From Candidatus Latescibacterota bacterium (GTDB lineage: Bacteria > Latescibacterota > UBA2968 > GCA-2709665): 64,000 nucleotides of DNA. Location of the stretch: assembly GCA_965237675.1 (NCBI GenBank), contig OZ250150.1, positions 1,440,001 through 1,504,000 on the forward strand. Reading direction: 5' to 3'. The translations under genes were made by a program, and so were the position numbers. Of this stretch, positions 33,327 through 43,261 are shown in pieces (within the stretch, counting starts at the first letter, position 1; the number at the start of each line of letters is the position of its first letter). The notes under the pieces are model-generated. The model did no database searches. It saw nothing but the letters and a program-made list of their open reading frames with translations, and was not told the DNA's origin.

Positions 33327-33545
33327 ATGAAATTTGTCGACATCGACATGATTCCGATCAATCCGGGGCTCGCGGCCGGGAATGCGGATCATACGGTTCG
33401 GTTTCACAGCATCGATCAACGGACGATTTTCAAGGTGGTGACGGATAACGGGGTCGTGGGTTACCGCAACGGTGGATCGGCAGCGTTCGCCAGGGTATAC
33501 GAGCGGGTTCAGAGGGACGGGGCATTTATGGAGAGCGAGGACTGA
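33327..33545 (+). pseudogene. Chimeric remnant: enolase-superfamily N-terminus joined to an unrelated tail
   Basis: MKFVDIDMIP..TIFKVVTDNGVVGY followed by an abrupt switch. Confidence 0.5.
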
Positions 33546-33548
33546 GGG

Positions 33549-34712
33549 ATGAAGATTACGGACATCCGGGCACACGTCATGAACGTCCCTGCGGCCGACG
33601 GGCAAACACCCAGGCGGAACTGGATATTTGTGGAGGTGGAGACCGACGCCGGCATCACCGGGATCGGCGAGGCCACCACGGAGTATCATGAGATGGCGGT
33701 AGCGGCGCAGGTGGAGACGGCGCTGAAACCCAGATTGTTGGGAATGGACCCAACAGACGTCGAGCAGGTCTGGCAACTGGGCCACCGGGACTTCTGGTGG
33801 AAGCGGGGCGTGGTACATACCAGCGCGGTCAGTGGCATCGACATGGCGCTGTGGGATATCATCGGCAAGGCGGCGGGACAGCCCGTGTTCAAGATGCTGG
33901 GTGGCAGAGTTCGCAATAAGGTGCGGTGTTACGCGCGGGCGGACCTGGGGCTGGATTCGCTGGAGGCGCACGCGGCGCAGGCATTGGAAGACGGGTTTGA
34001 TGCGTTCAAACACGGGCATGGGCCGGCGGTCACGCCGTTTGATATGGACGCGCAGGTGGACGTCGCTGTCAGCGAGATGACCCGGTTGCGCGAGGTACTG
34101 GGGCCGGACGTGGCGTTGATGATCGACTGCGGCGGCGTGTTCTCGCCCCCGGCGGCGCATCGCCTCGTGCGGGAACTGCAGACGTTGGACCTGTTCTTCG
34201 TGGAAGAGCCGATTGAGCAGAGCATGGTGGCGCCGTACGTGAGGTTGAAGCGGGATTTTCCGGGGGTGCGGGTTGCCGCGGGGGAGCGGTGGATGACGCG
34301 ATGGGATTGCAGAGAGTGGTTCGAACGACAGGCGGTGGACGTGTGCCAGGTGGATATCTGCCACGCGGGCGGGATCAGCGAATTGATGAAAATCGCCCAT
34401 TTCGCGGAGGTGTACGGGATCGGCATTGCGCCGCACAATCCCTACGGTCCGGTGGCGCTGGCAGCGGCCGCACACGCGGCGGCCGCGATGCAGAATTTCG
34501 AGATTCTCGAACATTGCCGGCTGAGGCCATGGTTCGACGACGTTCAGGCGCTGCGGGTGCCGATTTCGGGCGGCCGCGTGGACGTCGACGAATTGGGGCG
34601 GCGCCCGGGGCTGGGTGTCGAACTGGATATGGAGATGGTGAAGTCGCGGCCGTATCGGACGTTGCCCGCTCGCCGCTACGTGGGGCCGGATGGGAACACC
34701 CATCTGTACTGA
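33549..34712 (+). CDS. Mandelate racemase/muconate lactonizing enzyme family, galactonate dehydratase-like
   Basis: WIFVEVETDAGITGIGE, SGIDMALWDIIGK, FVEEP, AAGER, APHNP, PGLGVELD. Confidence 0.9.
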   Translation: MKITDIRAHVMNVPAADGQTPRRNWIFVEVETDAGITGIGEATTEYHEMAVAAQVETALKPRLLGMDPTDVEQVWQLGHRDFWWKRGVVHTSAVSGIDMALWDIIGKAAGQPVFKMLGGRVRNKVRCYARADLGLDSLEAHAAQALEDGFDAFKHGHGPAVTPFDMDAQVDVAVSEMTRLREVLGPDVALMIDCGGVFSPPAAHRLVRELQTLDLFFVEEPIEQSMVAPYVRLKRDFPGVRVAAGERWMTRWDCREWFERQAVDVCQVDICHAGGISELMKIAHFAEVYGIGIAPHNPYGPVALAAAAHAAAAMQNFEILEHCRLRPWFDDVQALRVPISGGRVDVDELGRRPGLGVELDMEMVKSRPYRTLPARRYVGPDGNTHLY

Positions 34713-34742
34713 GGGACGGCGCGACCCCTCCCCGGCGCGCGC

Positions 34743-34846
34743 GGAGGGTGCTGGTGATGGACGGCGCAGGCATCGACGTTGGCACCCACGAAGAATTGCT
34801 GGCCCGGCATGAACTCTACGCGGACTTTCACGGACTGTGGCGGTAG
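34743..34846 (+). pseudogene. C-terminal scrap of an ABC exporter ATPase
   Basis: RVLVMDG..GTHEELLARHELYA. Confidence 0.5.
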
Positions 34847-34903
34847 GCGTATTGCCCTGGGTAGGGAAATAGCCCTCCGTCGGTATAAGTACGGGGAGTT
34901 GGA

Positions 34904-36055
34904 ATGGTAAGACATGTGTTGTTCGTTGGCATCATCGTGCTGTTCACGGCGCCGACCGTTGCGGCAACGCCACCGGGGATTCGACCGGCCCTGGCGGCAT
35001 TCATCGACGGTCGATATGGCGCCGCCGAGGACATTCTGAGGAAACTGCTCCGGCAACCCGGGACAGACCGCGCCCAAATCTGCTATCTGCTGGGACGCGT
35101 CAACGCGTGGGAGGGGGATGTCAAGCCGGCATTCAAATGGTTCGAGAAGGCCGTTGAGGCCGATTCCGCATCGGCCGATTACCAATACCGGCTGGGACAG
35201 ATGTATGGCGCGAAGGCGCAGGAAGCCAATATTTTCAGGAAACCCGGACACGCCCGGGGCGCGCGCAAGGCGTTTGAGAAAGCGGTCCGGTTGGATCCTG
35301 ATCACCTGGACGCGCGGACCGCGCTGGTGGAGTATCACCTGTACGCGCCGGGGTTTCTGGGCGGCAGCATGGAGAAAGCGCTTGAACAGGCCGACGAGAT
35401 CAAGTCCCGGAATTTGACAGAAGGCCACCTGGCGTGGGGCCTCATCCATGCCGAAGAAAAGGCACAGGACAAAGTTGAAAGCGCCTATCTTGCGGCGGTC
35501 GGGTCCGCCAATACCGACTCCCGTCCGGCTCTCCGGCTGGCGGCGCTCTACTTACGCAATGGACGGCGTCCGGAGGCGGTCCGGGTCTACGAAGCGTATT
35601 TGCGGTCCTTTCCCGACCACGCCCTGGTCCTGCGCCGGTTGAGCGACCAGTATCGTCTGGAGAAGGAAAACGAAAAGGCGTTTGAGGCCGCCCGGCGGAG
35701 CCTGGAAGTCGCGATGGATTCTCTTGCAACGCTGGCGGCCGTTTCGAACGCTACTGTTCAAACCTTCGAGAACGTGCTGGCCGCCCAATCGAACCGGATC
35801 CATGCGCATTATGAAATTGGCAAGTTCAGCGCGCTGACCGGGATGAAGGTGGATCCGGGTCTGGAATCGTTGACGGCCAATCTCAGCCTCTTACCCCAGC
35901 GATGGCGCGGGTCTCGGGTTCGGAGCTATTACAGACTTGGCCGTATCCACGTGCGCCGGGGAGAACGGGATCTTGCACGAGATGCTTACAGGCAGGTTCT
36001 GAAATTGGACAAAGAGCACAAGGGCGCGCGAGAAGCGCTGGAGGAACTGGATTAA
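34904..36055 (+). CDS. Secreted TPR-repeat protein
   Basis: Signal peptide; TPR helices; YHLYAPGFLGGSMEKA motif. Confidence 0.8.
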   Translation: MVRHVLFVGIIVLFTAPTVAATPPGIRPALAAFIDGRYGAAEDILRKLLRQPGTDRAQICYLLGRVNAWEGDVKPAFKWFEKAVEADSASADYQYRLGQMYGAKAQEANIFRKPGHARGARKAFEKAVRLDPDHLDARTALVEYHLYAPGFLGGSMEKALEQADEIKSRNLTEGHLAWGLIHAEEKAQDKVESAYLAAVGSANTDSRPALRLAALYLRNGRRPEAVRVYEAYLRSFPDHALVLRRLSDQYRLEKENEKAFEAARRSLEVAMDSLATLAAVSNATVQTFENVLAAQSNRIHAHYEIGKFSALTGMKVDPGLESLTANLSLLPQRWRGSRVRSYYRLGRIHVRRGERDLARDAYRQVLKLDKEHKGAREALEELD

Positions 36056-36270
36056 ATACAGATCCCCCACGCCTACACCGGGCGGGCGGTTCGCGAACCG
36101 CCCCTACACAAGAAACGGATGTCGGTAAACTGACGTCGCGTTGCCGTATCGCCAACGGGTTTCAGGTGACTGCTGTACGCTGACGGCTGACCGCTCCCCG
36201 TAATGACATTGAGGTTGGGCAGAACCAGGTTTCCCTTCCCCGGGGGGGAAGGAGTCAGGAGGGCACGACC

Positions 36271-37329
36271 ATGTCAAAACCCGAATATCGAGCCGTAATT
36301 ATAGGACTGTCCGGCATTGGTGCCAGGCGGCCCGAGGAAGATGAACACCTTCCGGTATACGGCCCCATGCCCGGCTCTCATGCCGGGGCCTATGACAGGC
36401 ATCCCCGAACCGAAGTGGTGGGTGTGTGCGACCTACGGGCGGAGGCGCTGGCGGATTTCAAGGCGCAGTGGGGAGATGTGTGGCCGGACGCGCGGCTCTA
36501 CACCGATTACCGGGAGATGCTGAAGGCGGAGAAGCCGGACCTGGTGAGCGTGGCCACTTCCGATCATGTCCACGCCGATATGACCGTTGCCGCCGCCGAA
36601 GCGGGCGCGCGCGCCATTTTGTGCGAGAAGCCGATCGCCACCTCGCTGGAAGACGCGGACCGGATGATTGCCGCCGCCGAAACCAACGGCGCGCTGCTCT
36701 CCATCGAGCACACGAGACGTTGGAATCCGAGCTATCTGAAGGCGCGTGAGATCATTCGAAGCGGGGAGATCGGGCCGCTGCGCACGATTGTGTGCGAGCA
36801 GTTCAGCCGGCGCGCAATGCTATTCCGGAACGGGACTCACCTGCTGGACATGATCTGTTTCTATGCCGAGGCCAACCCCCGGTGGCTGGTGTCCGAACTG
36901 GAGGCAGGGTTCGAGCATTTCACCGAATACAAGGGGGACGGCGGAAAAGATCCTGCCGTCGATCCGTACGCGTCGGCATACATCCGGTTCGACAACGGCG
37001 TCCGGGCATTTTACAATGCTTACAAAGTCGATTTTCCCGGTTCGAAATTTGCGCTGACGTGTGAGGATGGGCGCATCGAGATTTCCGACCGGGGCGCATC
37101 CCTGATCCGGGGCAGGTCGCATTTCGAGTCGACGACGTCGCCCATTTTGTCTGGAAAATATGCCATGGAAAATCAATCGGCGGCGGTGGCGGAACTGATC
37201 CGGATACTGGAGGAGGGCGGCGATCTGGTCTCGCCCGCACGCGAGGCGCGCAAGACGGTGGAGATCATGATGGGGATCTTGAAGTCGCACCACGGTGGGA
37301 ATTGCCGGGTCGATTTCCCCCTGTCGTGA
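36271..37329 (+). CDS. Gfo/Idh/MocA oxidoreductase
   Basis: IIGLSGIG, ILCEKPIA, GTHLLD. Confidence 0.9.
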   Translation: MSKPEYRAVIIGLSGIGARRPEEDEHLPVYGPMPGSHAGAYDRHPRTEVVGVCDLRAEALADFKAQWGDVWPDARLYTDYREMLKAEKPDLVSVATSDHVHADMTVAAAEAGARAILCEKPIATSLEDADRMIAAAETNGALLSIEHTRRWNPSYLKAREIIRSGEIGPLRTIVCEQFSRRAMLFRNGTHLLDMICFYAEANPRWLVSELEAGFEHFTEYKGDGGKDPAVDPYASAYIRFDNGVRAFYNAYKVDFPGSKFALTCEDGRIEISDRGASLIRGRSHFESTTSPILSGKYAMENQSAAVAELIRILEEGGDLVSPAREARKTVEIMMGILKSHHGGNCRVDFPLS

Positions 37330-37356
37330 CGGGTGGCGCCGCGCTGCGGGGTCTAT

Positions 37357-37516
37357 CAGTCCGTTGATAAAGTCGCTCTGCAGGCGAGGCCGAGTCATTG
37401 TGGCCGAGGACAAGGCGCGCGACCGCGTCGAATCGGGGGATTCGGGGAGGGAGTGCAACGCAGTAATTCGGCCACAAGGGCCGGATGCAGCCCGGATGGA
37501 CTTTTTCAACGGGCTG
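37357..37516. mobile_element. 160-bp MITE, copy 2 (inverted relative to copy 1)
   Basis: Same TIRs; 4-bp direct repeat CTAT on both sides. Confidence 0.9.
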
Positions 37517-37581
37517 CTATTGCGGGTCACTCACCGTTCCGCAAAGGACTCGCTAAAGGGATCCGCGCCTCGGCCGTGCGT

Positions 37582-38658
37582 TCATAGGGTTACCGCCTGC
37601 GAGGTTGCGTGCAGTGAACGGACCCCTGCCTCGGCCGCACGCATCGCATTGAGACCGTCCTCCTGAGTGACGCTGAAGGGCTCGTTTTTCAGGCACCGGT
37701 CGACAAAACAGGCCAGTTCCCGCTTGTAGGCCGGACCGAAGCGTTCGATGAAGACGGGGACGTCCTCGCCGTAATCCCTCATTTGGAAGACCTGCTTTTC
37801 GATGGCGCCCTCCCGGTTGTACGCTTCTACCGTTACCCGAAGCGGATCTTCGTTGAAATGGCCCACGTGGATCAGGCCGTCCCGGCCGTAAATCCACGTT
37901 TCGTTGCGATACCCGGCCACGTGGTTTCGGCTCACCTGGACCTGCGCGATAACATTGCCGGGAAACGCCATCTGGAGGAACGCATCGTCGAAGTCTTCTT
38001 CTACCGTCGTTATTCTGAAATTGTGCAGGTTCGCACCCATGGCGCTGGCACGTTCCGGCCTTGCGCCCAGAAGCCAGATCGCTTCATCGATGTTGTGCAC
38101 GGCCATGTCCGGCAGGATGCCGGGGCTGCTGTAGCCCACCGGGGGAGGGTGCGGGTCCTCGAGGACGGACACGACTTTGAACGGGGCGCCGATGGTATTC
38201 CGGTCCAGCAGCGCTTTTGCGTGGAGTAGAGGGTCGTCGAAGCGCCTCATAAAGGCCTGCATGAGGGCGTGCTTTTTCGTATTATCTTGCGACAGGTATC
38301 TGACGAAGTGGACAGCGGTCTCGACCGAATGGGTGAGGGGTTTCTCCAGCATCACACGATAGCCCGCGTTAATCAGCGTCCGGGCGTCGGATTCGTGGTC
38401 CCCGGTCCTGGAGGCCACCACGGCCGCGTCGACCAGACGGGCGTCCGCCAGGTCGGACGTGCTCTTGAAGGCACGGATTTCGGACGTCTGATTTTTCTGA
38501 AGCGCTCGGGCAACGTCCTTCGCGGTGCTGCCGTAGCGATCCACTACGGCGGCAAGCTCGCACCTTCCCTCCGCTGCACCCAGTTCCTGGACGTGCCTGG
38601 CGTGGAAGACGCCGATGCGGCCCACGCCGACAACGGCGAGTTTTAAGGTTTCACGCAT
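37582..38658 (-). CDS. Gfo/Idh/MocA oxidoreductase, inositol 2-dehydrogenase-like
   Basis: VVGVGRIG, MLEKPL, FMRRFD, DMAVHNID, FIERFGPAY. Confidence 0.88.
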   Translation of the reverse strand: MRETLKLAVVGVGRIGVFHARHVQELGAAEGRCELAAVVDRYGSTAKDVARALQKNQTSEIRAFKSTSDLADARLVDAAVVASRTGDHESDARTLINAGYRVMLEKPLTHSVETAVHFVRYLSQDNTKKHALMQAFMRRFDDPLLHAKALLDRNTIGAPFKVVSVLEDPHPPPVGYSSPGILPDMAVHNIDEAIWLLGARPERASAMGANLHNFRITTVEEDFDDAFLQMAFPGNVIAQVQVSRNHVAGYRNETWIYGRDGLIHVGHFNEDPLRVTVEAYNREGAIEKQVFQMRDYGEDVPVFIERFGPAYKRELACFVDRCLKNEPFSVTQEDGLNAMRAAEAGVRSLHATSQAVTL

Positions 38659-38910
38659 TGTTGCAGGTACTCCTGGGAAGGTCCGGATAGAAAGCAGAAT
38701 TGTTATGTTATATGCATTTTGCTAGCCGGTTTCAGTTGTACACTTCGGACTGATCGCTGTCCACAAATATCGGAGATAATTACATATCTATATTTTTTCG
38801 TGCCCTTTTTCTTGCTCACTTGCACAGACCGGGTACATGTAACTGGTGTTCGGACACATGGGTTACACTTTTTTCGGGATGATCCGGCGGCGGCAACGAA
38901 ACCGGGTGCG

Positions 38911-39093
38911 GTCGTCGTTATAGGCGTCTTGAACCAGACGAGACCTACCCCCTATCCCCCTTCCTGAAGGAAGGGGGAACTGTCATCGGTTGATCGCATC
39001 TCAATCGATGATAAAATCCCCCTGACATATTGTGACGGGTCAACGCTTGTCTCCCCCTTTCCTTTAGGAGAGGGGGCCGGGGGGAGAGGTCCC
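38911..39093. repeat. REP doublet (family E), ~183 bp
   Basis: Near-identical to 42960-43143; two purine/pyrimidine hairpins. Confidence 0.85.
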
Positions 39094-39373
39094 ACGGACC
39101 GTGCGGTCGTGAGATAGACCCGGAAGGACCGCCGCATGGTCGCTTCAAAAGGAACCCGCCGGAGGCAGCGGTCAGGAAAAACAGCTATCAGCCAAAACCG
39201 GTTAACGATATGGACACGCGATATCAATATCACGGATGTCGGGTTTTCGTAGGGGCGGTTCGGGAACCGCCCGCCTTGCGGCCCCGCATGATTACCTTTA
39301 TCCCGGCCGGTGGGGGAGAGGGGTCTTCTCGGCCTGTCGCGGATTTTACCCCTGGTGCGACCGGTTGTGGAGA

Positions 39374-39545
39374 GGGGGGTTTTTCCGTGTTATTCCGTCC
39401 AGCAGTGCCGCCTGGTGTATACTCGGGGAGTCTCAGGGCAATGTCTCAAGATTTCTCCAATGAGGCGATTCGCGGAAAAACCGGCCCCGTGCCGAACGGC
39501 GCCGTTCTTTTTGGTCCTTTTTCTTGGGCGTACAAGAAAAAGGAC
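39374..39545. repeat. Structured intergenic element C, copy 4 (opposite orientation)
   Basis: Reverse complement matches the scaffold of the other four copies. Confidence 0.8.
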
Positions 39546-39735
39546 AAAGAGAAAAAAAAGGTTGAGGGGTAAGAAATGCCTATGTATGCCCGGAACGCAG
39601 TTCCAAAAAAAGCCGTAAGACGTAAGACGGGAGAAGTGAGAGGACCGCCAGGTGTCTTCTGTTTGAAAGGCGTAACCGGAGGCATCGATCCTGTCCGGAT
39701 CGATGGTTTCCCGGACAATTCGATGGAGGGACGAC

Positions 39736-42700
39736 ATGGTCAGGATGCCGGTGAAGGGGGAGGTCGTTGAGGATGAAACGGCGTTTCGGACGCTGTGCGA
39801 GGGATTGCATCTGCGCGAACCGCTGCCGGATCATGAACCGGATCGGTATTTGAGGGCGGCGGGATTCTACGAGAATGTGATCGGCGCCGGCAAGCGACAG
39901 GGGAGGGTGGGGATCTACAATCGGGAGGACCTGGAGCGGGCGAGGCGGAACGCGGAGCGCCTGGCGTGGGCGCGGGACATGGTGGACGAAATTGTGCGGG
40001 ATGCCGACTTCTGGGCGCGGTTTTCGGACGAGACGCTCTATGCGATGGTGCCAACGCAGAATCCGCTGGCATTGACCGTGGCCCAGTACGACGGGTGTCC
40101 GATTCACGGGGGCAACCGGTCCACGCTCGAGGGCGATCTGTTACATCCCTACCAGTGGCGGTGCAATATCGGAGGGGAGTGGTGGTACGAGGGGATCGAA
40201 GTCGAAAACCCGGGTACCGGCGAGCGGGTCCGCGTGGTGGACGACGGGCCGGGGTGGGTGGCCCCGGAGGGGTTCATGAACGCTGGCGTCACGTATTATT
40301 TCACGGGGGCGTACCGGTGTTATCTGCTATACCGGCTGTTTTCCAATCCCTACGCCCCTCAGACAGGAGCGGGACACCAGGGGCGGCCCGCGTCCCAGGC
40401 CCTGGCGCTGGCGTACGCCTTCACGGGGGAGCGGAAGTACGCGCGCAAGGCGGGGATTCTGTTGAACCGGCTGGCGCAGGTGTACGGGAGGTTGCGGGGC
40501 ATCAAGGAGGGATACGACGCCTACGACAAGAGCAAGGATCCGATTCGCGGTTACGTCGGCGAGGCGTCCGGCAGGGAGCAGTTTTTTCTCAATGCCGTGG
40601 CGGTGACGTACGATCTGATCTTCGAGGCAATGCGGGACGACGAGGAGGTGGCAGGGTTCTTCCAGGCGCGGGGCGGCGAGGATTTCGATGGGGACGGGCG
40701 GGTGACAACGAGGGATATCATATTTAATATCCACCGGAACCTGTTCGCGTATGCCTACGAGTTTCTGGATCGGACGCTCCCGATTGCCGGCGGCGACTTC
40801 CTGACATCATCGCTTTACTCGTTACTCAAGGTGGGGGCGTGCCTCGAGAACGGCGCGATGATCAGGCAGGCGCTGGAAGCGCCGACGGGGCTCTACAATG
40901 TGATGTCCAATAGTTTTTTCCGGGACGGCAAGTTCTGGTATGACTCGATTGCCTACAGTACGGGCAACATACGGGAGGCGGTGGATGCGGCGGAGTGGAC
41001 CCTCGGGTTTCAGGACGGGGAGCAATTCACGTCACCGATGGACCTGTATCACGATCCGAGGTTCCGGCTGCGGGAGATGATGGAATTCGCGCGCGCGGTG
41101 GACTGCGACGGGCGCGTGCCGATGATCGGGGATACGGGCGGGGGCCGGAACCGCGTGCTGCGGACGCCGTATTCGCTGGAGGACGAGATCGGTTACCTGC
41201 GGCTGCCGGAGGCGCGGGATCTGTATGCGCGGCGTATCCTGGCGGGCGCCGGTGGCGATCCGGACGCCGCGCGCAAGGACGGCGATCTCTTTCTGTTGTT
41301 CCATTGCGAACCGTGGAATGGGACCGTGGAGGCCGGAGACATATCGCCCGAGAGCGATGTGTTGCACGATTCGGGGTTCTGCATCCTGCGGGCGGGAGAT
41401 CAACAATCCAGCCGCCGGCACGTCGTATTGAATTATGGGAAAGGGAACCACGGCCACGGGCATATGGATAAGCTGGCGGTGAATCTCATTGCGTACGGAT
41501 ACGATCTGTCTGCTGATCTGGGATACCCGCCAAGCTGGGTGGCGCCGAAGAAGGCGGGATGGGAAACGCATACCGCCAGCCATTTTACGGCGGTAATCGA
41601 TGGCGAGAATCAGGTGTTCGCAACGGGAAGTCTGAATCTGTTCGTGGATGGACCATGGGTGCGCCTGGCGGACGCGTCAGGCGAGCGGGCATATCCCGGG
41701 CTGGCGAATGGGTACCGACGGGCGGTGGCCCTGGTGCCGGTGGACGAACAGCGGGCGTATGTGGTCGACTTGTTCCGGATTTCCGGAGGTGGAGAACACG
41801 ACTACGGTCTCCACAGTTGGGCCGGGGAGAACGCGGAACGGTTCGAGATCGCACTGGCCGAGGGCGTGGCCCTCGAGGCGCAGCGCGACGGCACACTGGC
41901 CGGCCCCGACGTCCCCTTCGGGGGCGCGCCGGGGTACGGGTTCGTGAAGGATGTGGCAAGGGCCCGGACGGACGGCGGGTTGACGGCAACCTGGCGGACG
42001 GAACCGGCAGGCGCCGGTATCCGGCTCCACATGCCGGGAGAGACGGGTTCGACGGTGATGACCGGGCTTGCCGAGGGGGCGGGACTGCAGGGCCACAGTC
42101 CCTGGGACCGGTACGTGATTGTGCGGAGGACCGGCGGGGAGGGGAAGGAGAACCGATTCATGGGCGTTCTGGAGCCGTATTCGGGTACGCCCTATATAGA
42201 TGGCGTCGAGACGCTATTCGTGGCCGGTCGGAAAGCGGGATTGAGGGTGGCCATCGGGAAACGGTCGCACGATATCGTCTACGGAGTGGGTGGGGTGGTG
42301 GAGGGCGAGGTGGACGGTCTGCCGTTCCGTTTCGAGGGAGACTGGGCGTTCGTGGAGCGGGAGGGCGATACGATCCGGAAGGCGCAGGTGGTGAACGGGA
42401 AGCAGTTCCGATATGGAGACGTCGAGATGGAGGGGCCGGGAGCATTGGCGGGACGTGTGGATGCAGTGGAAATCGACGACCGCCGGATCGTCGTTACGTC
42501 GCCGGTTCCGCTTCCGGTCGATGGATCTCTGACCGGGCGGACCATCGTACTCTCGCATCCCGACTACATCTGCAATTCGACGTATGAGATTACGGGTGTG
42601 GAGGCGGCGGGCCAGGGCCGGTACCGGATCGCGCTGGAGGAGATGGACTTCCTGTTGAGCGAAGGGCGGATCAACAGCGTGGAGGGCGCCTCGTTGCTGA

Positions 42701-42924
42701 CGGAAACGCCGATGTTGAAGCTGGAAGTCGTGCGTGACCTGTTCGATGGAAAGACCATTTCACACACGCGGGGGCAAACCGGACCTCGGTTGAAAACTGC
42801 GGAGAAGGGAAAGCTTATACTGGCCGATACCGCCGAGGCGGCGGCGTTTTCGGGAAAACCCTTCTACGTATACGACGTCGCGCCTGGAGATTCATGGCGG
42901 ATAGCGGATGTCTGGCACTGTTGA
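39736..42924 (+). CDS. Heparinase II/III-family polysaccharide lyase-like protein
   Basis: DGKFWYDSIAYS, PMIGD, HGHGHMDKLAVNL, DLGYP, TASHFTAVIDG; RBS GGAGGG. Confidence 0.8.
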   Translation: MVRMPVKGEVVEDETAFRTLCEGLHLREPLPDHEPDRYLRAAGFYENVIGAGKRQGRVGIYNREDLERARRNAERLAWARDMVDEIVRDADFWARFSDETLYAMVPTQNPLALTVAQYDGCPIHGGNRSTLEGDLLHPYQWRCNIGGEWWYEGIEVENPGTGERVRVVDDGPGWVAPEGFMNAGVTYYFTGAYRCYLLYRLFSNPYAPQTGAGHQGRPASQALALAYAFTGERKYARKAGILLNRLAQVYGRLRGIKEGYDAYDKSKDPIRGYVGEASGREQFFLNAVAVTYDLIFEAMRDDEEVAGFFQARGGEDFDGDGRVTTRDIIFNIHRNLFAYAYEFLDRTLPIAGGDFLTSSLYSLLKVGACLENGAMIRQALEAPTGLYNVMSNSFFRDGKFWYDSIAYSTGNIREAVDAAEWTLGFQDGEQFTSPMDLYHDPRFRLREMMEFARAVDCDGRVPMIGDTGGGRNRVLRTPYSLEDEIGYLRLPEARDLYARRILAGAGGDPDAARKDGDLFLLFHCEPWNGTVEAGDISPESDVLHDSGFCILRAGDQQSSRRHVVLNYGKGNHGHGHMDKLAVNLIAYGYDLSADLGYPPSWVAPKKAGWETHTASHFTAVIDGENQVFATGSLNLFVDGPWVRLADASGERAYPGLANGYRRAVALVPVDEQRAYVVDLFRISGGGEHDYGLHSWAGENAERFEIALAEGVALEAQRDGTLAGPDVPFGGAPGYGFVKDVARARTDGGLTATWRTEPAGAGIRLHMPGETGSTVMTGLAEGAGLQGHSPWDRYVIVRRTGGEGKENRFMGVLEPYSGTPYIDGVETLFVAGRKAGLRVAIGKRSHDIVYGVGGVVEGEVDGLPFRFEGDWAFVEREGDTIRKAQVVNGKQFRYGDVEMEGPGALAGRVDAVEIDDRRIVVTSPVPLPVDGSLTGRTIVLSHPDYICNSTYEITGVEAAGQGRYRIALEEMDFLLSEGRINSVEGASLLTETPMLKLEVVRDLFDGKTISHTRGQTGPRLKTAEKGKLILADTAEAAAFSGKPFYVYDVAPGDSWRIADVWHC

Positions 42925-42959
42925 AGTTTCTGAGGCGCAGGCAGGGAATCTGGGGAGAT

Positions 42960-43143
42960 GTCGTCGTTATGGGCGTTTTGAACCAGACGAGACCTACCCC
43001 CTATCCCCCTTCCTGAAGGAAGGGGGGAACTGTCATCGGTTGATCGCATCGCAATCGATGATAAAATCCACCTGGCATATTGTGACGGGTAAACGCTTGT
43101 CTCCCCCTTTCCTTTAGGAGAGGGGGCCGGGGGGAGAGGTCCC
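42960..43143. repeat. REP doublet (family E), direct copy
   Basis: Near-identical to 38911-39093. Confidence 0.85.
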
Positions 43144-43261
43144 CGTGGCCGTCGTGGATTGGCATCGCCAGGACGTATGGCAATCTGCTTTTTGCTTTTC
43201 GTTTCTAGCTGATAGCTGTGTTTCTGACTGCTGATAGCTGAATTAAAAAAAAGGATCCACG

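Noticed and set aside
38801-38825. Sixth copy of element C
   Set aside because: Only the first arm GCCCTTTTTCTTG is present; no partner arm or scaffold
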